Of a stretch of 64,000 nt of DNA, positions 20,780 to 30,720 are shown piece by piece. Origin of the DNA: Nemertoderma westbladi (lineage: Eukaryota; Animalia; Xenacoelomorpha); the NCBI GenBank assembly GCA_032718475.1, contig JAUCBJ010001783.1, positions 5,677-69,676 of the forward strand, written 5' to 3'. Positions within the stretch are counted from its first letter, which is position 1. Each line of letters begins with the position of its first letter. Below the pieces are notes generated by a model that was given only the letters and a program-made list of their open reading frames with translations, was not told the origin of the DNA and made no database searches. A program made the position numbers and the translations under genes.

Positions 20780-23338
20780 TTACGTTGGGGAGTCCCTAGA
20801 TGTTTGTTGGATTAGGGAGGTGGTCGTGGGAAGAGTATCTTGCCTTCCATAGTTTCCAGACAGTTCTCGGTCTCTTTCCAGTAAACATAAACGACCAACT
20901 GGGCGATTGAGCTGCTGTGTCTCGAAGACAATTCCAGGTTTCCTCTTCGTCCTGGAATAGTGACGATAGAAACATCGCTTCAAATACACGACGGCCTTAC
21001 AAAGCCGATTCCAGGATCTATAGTGGTCCATCGCTCCCGGCAGGAGAGGTGAGAGTCCCGGCGAGACGTCTGGTGTTCCAGATCTCCAGTCTCTCTCTCT
21101 GATCTCCACAACAGATCGGTTCGCGGTGGGGGAGTTTAGATCCACAGCATCGTCCCTCGCAATGTGTAATACAGACAGATCTATCACGGGTTTAAATAAC
21201 CTTGATTTACTCGTCCGGGTTTTAGGTTTGACTTTCTCCGCTCCCTTGGCTTGTCTAATCTCAGCCGTGGCAAGATGGGGAGGCCAGTCATCTTCTTTAC
21301 TTAGGAAGTCGGGTCCACCTAACCAGTCTGGAGTATCTGTCAGTTCTTGAGGAGTTGCTCCTCTGGAAGCGATGTTGGTTAGATTAATCGTCTCAGGGCA
21401 ATATCTCCATTGATCTACATTAGAGTTAATATCGTCATTATCTGAGGAGTATGGTGTTCCCTCAGTTGGGTCGTCAACTTCACTGCTCTCCACTTCCCAT
21501 TCACTTAATTGATATACTTGTTCTTTTGGTAATCTTTCCATAAGAGTTCTACGGGAAGGGCCAGTAAAGTACCAACCTACTCTAGTTCTTCCCGCATAGA
21601 CTTGTAATGGTTGCGGTTGAGCAGACCGTTTTTCCAATGTCTCAAGCGCTTCATGCGCATGTTGGCCGATGAGTATTTGCACTCCAGGGTAGTCTGTGTT
21701 GAATCTAGGTATATTAAGCTGCTGGGTGGAATCGTCCTCATCCCAGTTATAAGGTTCTACTTGGCTGGTAGCGAAGTTCTTTATCGCCACCATTTTTACT
21801 GACCTTATGCTGTGTTCTCCTAGTTCATCCTGGGGGGTGGACAATGCACCTACATAATAATCCGTTATTACTGTAGATTTCCAAACCTGCATAATTCCTG
21901 ACATGTTTAACTTAGTTCGGAACTTGGGTTGTCCAGCAAAGATGTCTTTGGCTAGTTCTTTGTCGATGAATGTTCCTGTGCTACCGGAGTCAAGGAGGGC
22001 ATTCACTATATAACTCCTTTTAGGTCCGTGGACCCTTAACTGCACTACTGGAAATTCTCGGATTCCTACATTGGAAGTTGGTGCTTTCCAAGATGGTTGT
22101 CGATCAGAAGTAGTTAGGGTGAGGTCGCTGTCTGTGTCTTTTTCATACGTAAGTTCTCGATACACTGCGGTATTTATCATGTAACAGGATTCATCTTCGT
22201 CGGAGAATTCATCCGTATAGAATCCTTCCATCTCAGAACTTTGGTCAGTGTCGTTCACATCACTGAATTGGACATGTAGTTCGGAATCACTTACCTGACT
22301 CGGGCTGTTTCGTTCGAATTCAGTGTGCAACAAGAGATTATGTTTTGCACTGCACTTCGCACACCTTGCGTCGGAGTAACAGGTTCGCCGTTGGTGTCCT
22401 TGTCTGAGGCAATTATAACACAACCGCTTATCCCACATGACTTCCCGTCTATCCTTTAATGATTTCCTTAGGAATTCATCACACACATTCAAACGGTGGG
22501 TCCCGTCACATAGCGCACATTTCGGTTTGATGTTACTTACCTTATTTTGAGTAACATTGTGCACACTCGTTCTTTCTTCGGTCTTTCTTAACTGAATTCT
22601 CTTAGGAGACGTAGGAGGAGTTTTTCTTACCGGTTCTCTCCTGTCATTGGTTCGAGACTTGAATTTACTTACCTGTTCTTTAGGCGTTTTATTGACATAA
22701 TAAGATCTTTCAGTGTCTTTCCCGCTGTCCTCTCCTTGAGAAGTCTGGCTTTCGCCGTCGTCGGTATAACACACTGGTGTTACTTTTCTCCAAGAAACGG
22801 GTTTCTCACTTACCTTGTTTTCCGGTGTCTTCTCTCTGGACTGCCTTAGGAGCTGTAATTTCACTTCTCCATCTAAGAATGACATGAGATCAGCCATGGT
22901 AGGGTCTCGTCGTTGTTGTTCCATCATATATAACACTTTCTTGTCCCAGCGTGTACCTACTCCACCCTTGGGCAAAGTAGATGCTAAGGCTCCTACAACC
23001 ATAGAATTCTGGTATTCATGAGACTTACCTAACCAATCTAGTTGTTTACAGATCTCCTGAATCTCGTCGGAAAACTCTATAATCCCGCTGCTAAGAAACT
23101 TTCGGGGCGCCATTAATTTCGCATACAAATACCTAGCTATGTTATTCCTATTACCATACCTGATGTTTAGGGTATCCCAAACTTGTCTTAATCCATCTGG
23201 ATGTCCAATAAACTTTAACGCCATTAACTTGGGAGATCCTTCCAAGCACTCGATGAGGAATCTAAGTTTCTCTCCGTTAGATAGCACAGAGTTCTGTATG
23301 TTATCTTTATAATATTCATTAAAAGGTAACCATTTCAT
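20780..23338 (-). CDS. BEL/Pao Gag (DUF1759-like plus 3 Zn knuckles), aspartic protease, and vestigial RNase H / C-terminal pieces
   Basis: IVKFNGDEMKWLPF (frame open just upstream of the ATG); CALCDGTH..C, CYNCLRQGH....C and CAKCSAKHNLLLH; ALLDSGSTGTFI; then QWRYCPETINLTNIASRG, WLGGPDFL, SWNRLCKAVVYL and NRPVGRLCLL. No YVDD RT motif and no integrase core. Confidence 0.88.
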   Translation of the reverse strand: MKWLPFNEYYKDNIQNSVLSNGEKLRFLIECLEGSPKLMALKFIGHPDGLRQVWDTLNIRYGNRNNIARYLYAKLMAPRKFLSSGIIEFSDEIQEICKQLDWLGKSHEYQNSMVVGALASTLPKGGVGTRWDKKVLYMMEQQRRDPTMADLMSFLDGEVKLQLLRQSREKTPENKVSEKPVSWRKVTPVCYTDDGESQTSQGEDSGKDTERSYYVNKTPKEQVSKFKSRTNDRREPVRKTPPTSPKRIQLRKTEERTSVHNVTQNKVSNIKPKCALCDGTHRLNVCDEFLRKSLKDRREVMWDKRLCYNCLRQGHQRRTCYSDARCAKCSAKHNLLLHTEFERNSPSQVSDSELHVQFSDVNDTDQSSEMEGFYTDEFSDEDESCYMINTAVYRELTYEKDTDSDLTLTTSDRQPSWKAPTSNVGIREFPVVQLRVHGPKRSYIVNALLDSGSTGTFIDKELAKDIFAGQPKFRTKLNMSGIMQVWKSTVITDYYVGALSTPQDELGEHSIRSVKMVAIKNFATSQVEPYNWDEDDSTQQLNIPRFNTDYPGVQILIGQHAHEALETLEKRSAQPQPLQVYAGRTRVGWYFTGPSRRTLMERLPKEQVYQLSEWEVESSEVDDPTEGTPYSSDNDDINSNVDQWRYCPETINLTNIASRGATPQELTDTPDWLGGPDFLSKEDDWPPHLATAEIRQAKGAEKVKPKTRTSKSRLFKPVIDLSVLHIARDDAVDLNSPTANRSVVEIRERDWRSGTPDVSPGLSPLLPGAMDHYRSWNRLCKAVVYLKRCFYRHYSRTKRKPGIVFETQQLNRPVGRLCLLERDRELSGNYGRQDTLPTTTSLIQQTSRDSPT

Positions 23339-25653
23339 CTCATCTCCATTGAACTTGACGATTTTACCGCTTGACGGGCTTCGGTTCTAGCCATTTGACG
23401 TGTAAAACTTTCTTGGGCCATCGTGTTATTTAATATCGAGTTATCGGTATATAAATTTCTCGGATTATGATCAGGTCTATAGGGAATATCATTGTCAACA
23501 GGTTTATAATTACCCTTAATAGGGTTCACTATAGGAGTTTCTACTTCACTAGCAGTATAGACTAATTTATCGCATTCTAACGCGATACTTTGCTGCACTT
23601 CTTGCAACTCTAACCTACTTTCCCTTACTGTGCCCTTGAACTGCTTAACAGTCTCCTGCATCTGCCCGAGCAGGAGATCCATCCCCCGCCGTCTCTCATC
23701 CACCCACTCGACCGCCGAAGCGGGAGCCGCCAACGTTGTAGCGGGCGGACGAGGGACAACGGGCGACAAATCATTAATATTTCGCTCGGAGTCCAGGACA
23801 TGAACATTTTCAGGGATGGTTCTGTGGGGCACAGGTAGCTTAGTGCTGTGCAGAGGGAATTTAGAGGTAAGTTCTGGGAGTACAGGTGTCTCTATCACCA
23901 AAGGGGTGGCGTCGAGCACAGGCCTAATTAATTCAGGCTCATCTACTATAGTAGGGAGTCTTTCTATTTTAATTATTTGGTCTGTGGGTTCTGTACTACC
24001 TAAGTCTGTGCTAGCTAGTTGTTTCCTAACAGCTGGGGGCAAATCAGGCAATTTCTGACGGTGGGACATTCTTCTACGTCTGCTGAGACGAGATCTATTT
24101 CCTCCACCTTCAGTATCGGTGGCATCGCCTTCCTCAGATGATGTATATCCCTGTCTTTTGGGAGTAGATTGACTCATCATCTGCATTTGACTAGCTGTTA
24201 ACTGTTTATTTATGCAGTCTTGATTCTCTTGAATATTTTCCAACTCTAGTTTGGTGGTCTCTTCAGATGCTCTTCGTTCTGCTTCTGCCACTGCTCGCTT
24301 TCTTTCGGCTTCTGCCGCTTTTCTTTCTGATTCAGCCGCTGCCGCTTTTGCCTCTGCCGCTGCCACTTTTGCCTCTGCTGCTGCCGCTTTTACCTCTGCC
24401 GCTGCCTCTGCCGCTTTTCTATCCACTTCTGCCGCTTTTCTTTCTGCTTCTGCCTCTGCTGCTGCCGCTGCTGCTATCTTTCTGTCTTCTATACGTTTTT
24501 TCTTTACTTGTTCTTCTTGGACTCTAGTGATGCGGAGGCGTTCCTCAAATTTAGCTTGGTTCGCAGCTCTTTTATCCGCATCGATTGCGTCCAACACAAG
24601 CTTGGCTCCTTCACTATTAGGGCTAAGTCCCTCCAGCCTTCTCCTCAACTCTTCATCTCCTACAAAGCGTTGATAGTCTGACAGATAGATGTCAATAGCA
24701 TCCCTCTTATGCGGTTTCTCTGCTGTCGCTTCACTTTCCACTTGGGAAAAGGTAGCGTCTGTTGATTCTCCAAGGGTTGAGCACTCATCCAACTGAGATT
24801 TCCACGGGGCAGTTCTTTGAACTTGGAGACTCACCCGCTGTAACCAAGTCTTTATGGCAACTTGCAACGACGTGTCTTGTCTTCTTTTCGAAGCTTCCTC
24901 AAAGGCAGATAAGATTAGTCTGATTCTTAGAATTCTTTCTCTAACTTGATAAAGCAGCTCTCCCTGCTCTTGAGGTCCTTGGGGTTGTCGAAACAGTTGT
25001 TCCTCTAATCGCTCCATAGAGCTGAAGAATCCCTGTACGTATCCTGCTGCTGACCTCTTCCACACAGCTGGATCGATGGTTTCTTTTGTTACTCCCATCC
25101 TGTGTATGTCTTCCCAGGCAGCTTCCGATAAGTCAAATGGGAGTCCGGGTCCGGGGAAGTTCCATTGCGATTCGACAATAGACTTCAGTTCTTCCCTTGT
25201 ATATCCCGCATAACTATCCTTGGTCGATCGCTTACTTCTCGCCCAATCAATCTGGTGTTCCTCCACCGCAATCAATACCCTAGTGAGTACGGCTGCAGGA
25301 AGGATTAGAAGGGGATCCGAATAAACCGCATCTGCCATCTTTGCTCCGCACTCGGGTGTCAGCTCTACAGTATCCGCACTACTGGAGCTGTCGGGCCGCT
25401 GAGAAATAAGTTCTCGGCTCGCGGGTTGTTGCTGTTCCGCTGCTTCTTGGTCCCGCTTGACCTGAGCTCGAGTGCCTATGATAGACCTACGGTGTTGGAC
25501 CAGCCTAGGATCTGATACTACTACTGGAGGGATGATCTTTCTTACAGTAGGAGGTGAATTGAACTTCGGTCTCACACGTTCCACACTCCTGTCCGGGTCA
25601 CAGATGGTTGTATCTAGGAGACTGTCTGACAGGTTTTGCTTTGTGTCAGACAT
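23335..25653 (-). CDS. N-terminal part of the element's Gag (772 aa, Ala/Glu/Lys coiled coil); joins the downstream ORF by a -1 shift
   Basis: Long intact ORF inside the LTR element. It overlaps the next frame by ~55 nt at GCGGTAAAATCG and contains AAEAERKAAE heptad-like repeats. Confidence 0.75.
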   Translation of the reverse strand: MSDTKQNLSDSLLDTTICDPDRSVERVRPKFNSPPTVRKIIPPVVVSDPRLVQHRRSIIGTRAQVKRDQEAAEQQQPASRELISQRPDSSSSADTVELTPECGAKMADAVYSDPLLILPAAVLTRVLIAVEEHQIDWARSKRSTKDSYAGYTREELKSIVESQWNFPGPGLPFDLSEAAWEDIHRMGVTKETIDPAVWKRSAAGYVQGFFSSMERLEEQLFRQPQGPQEQGELLYQVRERILRIRLILSAFEEASKRRQDTSLQVAIKTWLQRVSLQVQRTAPWKSQLDECSTLGESTDATFSQVESEATAEKPHKRDAIDIYLSDYQRFVGDEELRRRLEGLSPNSEGAKLVLDAIDADKRAANQAKFEERLRITRVQEEQVKKKRIEDRKIAAAAAAEAEAERKAAEVDRKAAEAAAEVKAAAAEAKVAAAEAKAAAAESERKAAEAERKRAVAEAERRASEETTKLELENIQENQDCINKQLTASQMQMMSQSTPKRQGYTSSEEGDATDTEGGGNRSRLSRRRRMSHRQKLPDLPPAVRKQLASTDLGSTEPTDQIIKIERLPTIVDEPELIRPVLDATPLVIETPVLPELTSKFPLHSTKLPVPHRTIPENVHVLDSERNINDLSPVVPRPPATTLAAPASAVEWVDERRRGMDLLLGQMQETVKQFKGTVRESRLELQEVQQSIALECDKLVYTASEVETPIVNPIKGNYKPVDNDIPYRPDHNPRNLYTDNSILNNTMAQESFTRQMARTEARQAVKSSSSMEMR

Positions 25654-25799
25654 GTTTGTTTGTACAGTTGAATGCCTATTGCCTACTGCTATATTACAGT
25701 TTAAGCAAGTCTAGTAATTCAGTATCACTGTTAGCCTAGTAATTAATTACCGATACTGCTACTCAGTGTAGCGTGATATATATGTAATATATTAGTATA

Positions 25800-26032
25800 G
25801 TATATATATATAAGTATTATTACAGACTAGATTTGTCACAGAATACCGGTATGTAATTTCAGCACAAATATATATAAATATATAATAGGCCTATCGTGAA
25901 TACCGGTATACAGCTTACACTTATAGTATATATAAGTATAATTATGGACTAGAATTAATTACAGAATACTGGTATAATTTCAGCCTAAATTTATAGAAAT
26001 AAATATAATAAGCCTATTGTAAATACCGGTAT
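25800..26032. repeat. Diverged ~125-bp tandem duplication in the element's 5' UTR
   Basis: tatataagtat...gactaga...acagaatac(c/t)ggtat...gcctat(c/t)gt..ataccggtata occurs twice. Confidence 0.6.
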
Positions 26033-26983
26033 ATCAATTATTTTAGAATAATTGAATTTCTGAATTTTAGGGGTTACTTGGTTACTTTAACTTACTTTAT
26101 TACCGTTATTTGAGCAGTAGTCCAACTGATATTGAGACCTAATTGTTGTATGGCAGGCCTACTATTTATAAATAGTTTGAGTTGATTTATAATATATATA
26201 CCCGTTTTAATGGGTTTTTGTCAATATTTGAAATAAATGTTATTATTTCTGGGGGGGAGTCACTACACAGAAGCTGTGCGCTCTCAGTGAAGTGCTACTT
26301 GTTGGACACTAAAACAAATAATTCTAATTTACCTAAGTTACTTAATACTACAAATTACGTACAATTCGGGGTGAGATTACAATCTCTAAATAAACACAAA
26401 AATTACACGTACGAATTTTTAGGGTAATTTTACAAGAAGTCTACAAACCAGCCTAACAAAGGGTTAGATTATCTGGTTATTACAACGAACAGGATACTAC
26501 AGTATTTGAAAATAATAAAGCAGTAGTAAATATACTGCGTTGTCCAGATAGGAAAAATACCACCGTCTGACGACTTATAGGCGTATCGCTATAAGTACTA
26601 CGTTATGTATCACGGAGTGTTCCTACCTAGAAGTTAATTACCGCGGTCTACCAGAACCAACGTGCCTATTAACCACTTTACAACACAAATATACTGCCTA
26701 CACACTAATTACCTTCGGAAAGCACTGTACACTAAACCCTAAATTAGGTACAAGTACTCATACAACCAATAATCAGTAGTTAAAATACTTGAACAGCTAA
26801 AAGAACCACGGTATCTGCTGGAGTGATCGGGGCACAAAATCACCAGTCTTTACCTACGCCAAGCAGCCCTGATGTAGTACCGGGGTTAGTTTAACTATAA
26901 CGGTATATATAACAAGCACAATTACTGTAGGAATAAACTTGGGGATATGAATGTTGCGAATAATCGCATAAACTCTGAATAAT

Positions 26984-27551
26984 AAATATTACGCTACGCG
27001 TACAGACTACTCAAACAAAATGCAGACCAAATACTGACAGACTACTATCAAGCCTAAACAAACTACGGTATATGCAGACTCCGAAATGGTTAGTTAGTAT
27101 GCGTTCTAACCGAGTAGTACGACTTATTCTTTTGAGGGGGTTTACCTCACAGCACTGGAAGCCCCTACGTTCCCAACTGGCACTTTATCGGACATACACT
27201 CTACACACACCGCAATCTCTTCAGACCTAACAACAGCTAGGCAACAATCCAGCCTACAAATTATCTAAATAAGAAATATTACGCTACCCGTACAGACTAC
27301 ACAAACAAAATACAGACCAAACGCTGGCAGACTACTATCAAGCCTAAACAAACTACAGTATATGCAGACTCCGAAATGGTTAGTTAGTATGCGTTCTAAC
27401 CGAGTAGTACGACTTATTCTTTCGTGGGGGTTTACCTCACAGCACTGGAAGCCCCTACTTTCCTAACTAGTACTTTTTCGGACATACGCTCTACACACAC
27501 TACAGTCCCTTCAGACTTAACAACAGTCAGACAACAGTCCAGCCTACAAAT
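26984..27551. repeat. ~290-bp tandem duplication in the element's 5' UTR
   Basis: aaatattacgctac...tccagcctacaaat begins at both 26984 and 27274, with an identical core (gcagactccgaaatggttagttagtatgcgttctaaccgagtagtacgacttattcttt). Confidence 0.9.
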
Positions 27552-27824
27552 AATTTGTACAATCTGGGCAGGCTTACACGTCTTCTGCTCAATATTAACC
27601 TACAAATAAATAAAACCTGACAGAAACAAGTAAAATCTCAATAAAAAACCAGGGCGGCCGTCCCTGATTAATTATTAAGGCCTACCGGTATATAATTATC
27701 AAAATCGAATAATACTGCTGTACCTGTACTGCTATAAGTACCGGTCCGGGTAGTTAGGTAGTCAGGCCTACTAGGTACCGGTTAACCGGTACTTCAGCTT
27801 TATTGCCAACCGCAATAAAGAAGC

Positions 27825-27836
27825 TATATCTGTTAT
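27825..27836 (-). promoter_or_regulatory. Candidate self-complementary primer-binding site (ATAACAGATATA)
   Basis: Directly follows the 5' LTR on the minus strand and lacks the TGG start of a tRNA PBS. It is the exact reverse complement of minus-strand LTR sequence 28571-28560. Confidence 0.55.
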
Positions 27837-29076
27837 TGTTCACGCTTTCAGACCTTTAGCAGTTTAACCTGCCAAATTTGGATGTCTTCTAGATAATAAA
27901 TCGACTTTAGCCTATGACGAGTATTTGATACACTACATTAGCCGAAGCCAGTCTATGCGCGACCATTCACCCGCTGGATATACCCGGGAGACTGGATTCG
28001 GAAGCCTAACCTTATTGCCGTGTAGGCCTACTGTATTATTCGACTGATCGTAATATATAATCTCTGACAAATATTATTCACTTTCGGGAAATATTAACAG
28101 TTCCTTTAGGACGTGGCGCTCTAAATATGTAAACAGAGTTATGACTTAAACTAGACACAACGGGATGGCTATGGATTCACGTATATAGCGCATTCTTTAG
28201 GAGATGCTTTGTTATCAGTCACAATCATACACACTACTGCACAATGCTGCACACCGATCTGCCGACCTTCACTAATTTTAGTCACATATAAAGAGAACAA
28301 CAACCGATACATGTAGTGCCTATGAAATAGCATTAGATTCACTTCAAAACCACTTTAATGTAAGTCGCAATCGTTATATGTAACCGGTCTCTCTTACCTT
28401 CAGTATATCAAGAAGATTGAGGGTTTTGTAATTATTCATCGATATTCCAAATATAATAATATTCCATCAACTGATATAATGAATAACCGACAGTAAATAG
28501 CAGTAAAAATGTTAAGGTATAAATTGTTATGACATGTTATGGTATGATTAGTAAGTAAGATAACAGATATACGTTCTATAATTAAGCCTACTAATGTTGG
28601 GCTAAAGCCTGAAAACACAGAGATTCCAAAGCCGGTCTTCTAGGCTCGGAAAAAACCAACACAACTGATCCCTCTGGGCTGTTGTAGGTATCTTTCAACA
28701 CAAAGAGAAACAGCTCTCATTGGCCGATTTCCAGATTCTGTAGGTTCCACGAATGTCTAAATGCCGAACTATTCGGGTTTTTGCAGCCCATATTCAACAC
28801 AAGGCGAAATCGCTCTGATTGGTGGATCATTGTTCTGATTGGTTGATCGAACAGAACAAAGAGCCTATAGGCGTACAGCAAATCGGTTGGTAGATTGCGT
28901 CATTTGAGTTAGGTAGTTTAGAGTATTTGAGCGCATTGTGGGAAAACTGGCTTTTTATGTCCGCTAAAGCACACATGCAGACACAGCGGATAAATCGCTA
29001 GTTATGTCCTCTAAAAACACCTTACACAGTACATTGCGGAGAAAAGGGCCAGTTATATCCCGCAAAAGCTTTTACA
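27837..29076 (-). repeat. 5' LTR of the BEL/Pao-derived element
   Basis: Direct repeat of 16469-17708. Several minus-strand CCAAT boxes (attgg on + near 28719, 28818, 28838) lie in the presumed U3. Confidence 0.95.
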
Positions 29077-29081
29077 CCTAC

Positions 29082-29430
29082 TGTATCAACCCATAATGTC
29101 AAAAAGGCTGGCTTCAGAAGAATCCAAAGTGCCCAGTGTGGAGGCGGCGTTCCCGATAAAAATGGCGATGAGGATAGGCTGGAGGAGGAAGCGGTGAAAC
29201 ATGGGCTCCATGGTTACGGCGTGGAGCCTCCGGCCAACCTCCTTCAGGAAGCAGGCGGTTTCTGGGCCTGGTTGTCCGAGCGTCTCGAACGCAACAGGGT
29301 GAAAGATGTGGCCCCGCCTAACCAACTCTGCGTACTTGGAGGTTTTGGCGGCCTCGGCTTCCTTCACCACTCGGTCTCCCCCGGACTGACTGGTAGCGAG
29401 GTCCGAGGTGGCTGGGCACGAGCGGGTCCC
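29082..29430 (-). mobile_element. 3' fragment of a CRE-like non-LTR element (restriction-like endonuclease C-terminus)
   Basis: EAEAAKTSKY...FHPVAFETLG..G...FL...FLLQPILIAIFIGNAASTLG resembles the RLE tail of CRE-clade elements (K..KY, P.A.ET.G, QRISIAIQRGNA). Confidence 0.7.
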
Positions 29431-30720
29431 TACTACTACTACTACTACTAGGATCGGCATGCTGCATTGCAGCTGCATTTTTAAGAATGCTGTGCCGGCT
29501 TATCAACAAAATTGCACCGCCACAACTCCCTATCACCCATGACATTTGCTAGATCATCCGCATCTTTAAGGCCAGTGTCCTTTAAGATGCGTCTCAAGAA
29601 AGTCATGGGCTGTCCACCATGCTTATTCACTCCATGAGGCTGCCAAAGTACAAGATTATGCAGTGGCTGGTCCTCACGGCGAAAGCAATGCCCTGCAAAG
29701 CGGAGGCGATTTTGTTCTAGTGTCAAGCTTGCGGGAACCAATGAGACACCTCCAATGTTATATAGTGTCTGGTTGGAGATGTGTGCATTGTACTTGACAC
29801 AATGAACCCGGCGTAGCATTCTTGTGAATGTGCCATCCAGAGATTTGGTGTCCTCAGCAGTTAGAGCCCAGCATGGACTCCCGTAGAGGAGTACTGGAAC
29901 TACTGCTGCTCTAAATAATCGGACCTTAAGTTTCCGATTAATTCTCGGTGACTTCCAAATCCTGGAAAGCCTATTCAAGGCTGCCCATGCCTTTCCCTTA
30001 CGTATTCGAAGGTCCTCACCTGACTTCCGGATCCATGATCCCAGGTAACAGAAGTCGTCCACATGCTCAAGCATACCATCCTTTGAGCTTATGCTCATCC
30101 GATCAGAGACTTGCTGAGGACTTTCAAAGTTAACTGTCAGAATTTTGGTCTTTCTGGAGTTAATAAAAAGACCAACACTAGAAGCAGCATGTTCTAATGA
30201 GCTGAGGAGCCGTTGGGCTCCCTCTAATGATTCTGAGAGTACTCCTAAGTCATCAGCAAATTCTAGATCAGTTAGGTACTTGGCAGGATTTCCTTGACTT
30301 CTGGAGCCAGTAGGTTGAGTTATCATCACCCCATCATCATTATAATGATCTAAGGACATGCGTAGAACATAGTCAACCACAATAATGAACAAGAATGGTG
30401 CAAGTGTGTCTCCTTGGAGGACACCCCATAACACTTCAAATGGTTCTGTGTCACCGTCAACAGTAGACACAAATGTTGTCGAACCATTGTATACTGATCT
30501 CATTGCTGCAATAATTTCATCAGGAATCCCATATAATGAAAGTATGCTGAACATACGTGAGCGAGAGACTGAATCAAAGGCCTTGAAGAAGTCAACAAAG
30601 ATAACAGCCAGATGCCTGTCTTTCTTTTTCGATAACTCTTCAATTATCCTTCTAAGTGCCAAAATGGGCTCCATGGTCCCACGACCTTTACGGAACCCAT
30701 TCTGATAGTGACTTAAAATG
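29431..30720 (-). mobile_element. 5'-truncated RTE-clade LINE with intact RT and (GTA)n tail
   Basis: ORF 29481-30770 has QNGFRKGRGT, FVDFFKAFDSV, GVLQGDTLAPFLF, LEFADD, FCYLGS and RLRFAGH. A short 3' UTR follows, then a (tac)n microsatellite on + at 29431-29450. Confidence 0.9.

Larger units (their letters stand above)
16469..29076 (-). mobile_element. Young non-autonomous BEL/Pao-derived LTR retrotransposon (12.6 kb)
   Basis: Two 1240-bp TG..CA direct repeats and a 5-bp TSD CCTAC (16464-16468 and 29077-29081). Internal gag has the BEL-type triple Cys/His knuckle and a DSG protease. A short purine-rich GGGAGCGG precedes the 3' LTR. Confidence 0.95.

Noticed and set aside
24251-24673. Ala/Ser-rich and Leu/Pro-rich ORFs on the + strand
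   Set aside because: They are antisense shadows of the coiled-coil repeat in the minus-strand gag ORF.
29086-29478. 130-aa ORF with a poly-Val, signal-peptide-like N-terminus
   Set aside because: It is a chimera of the RTE (GTA)n tail read into the CRE-like fragment, not a secreted protein.
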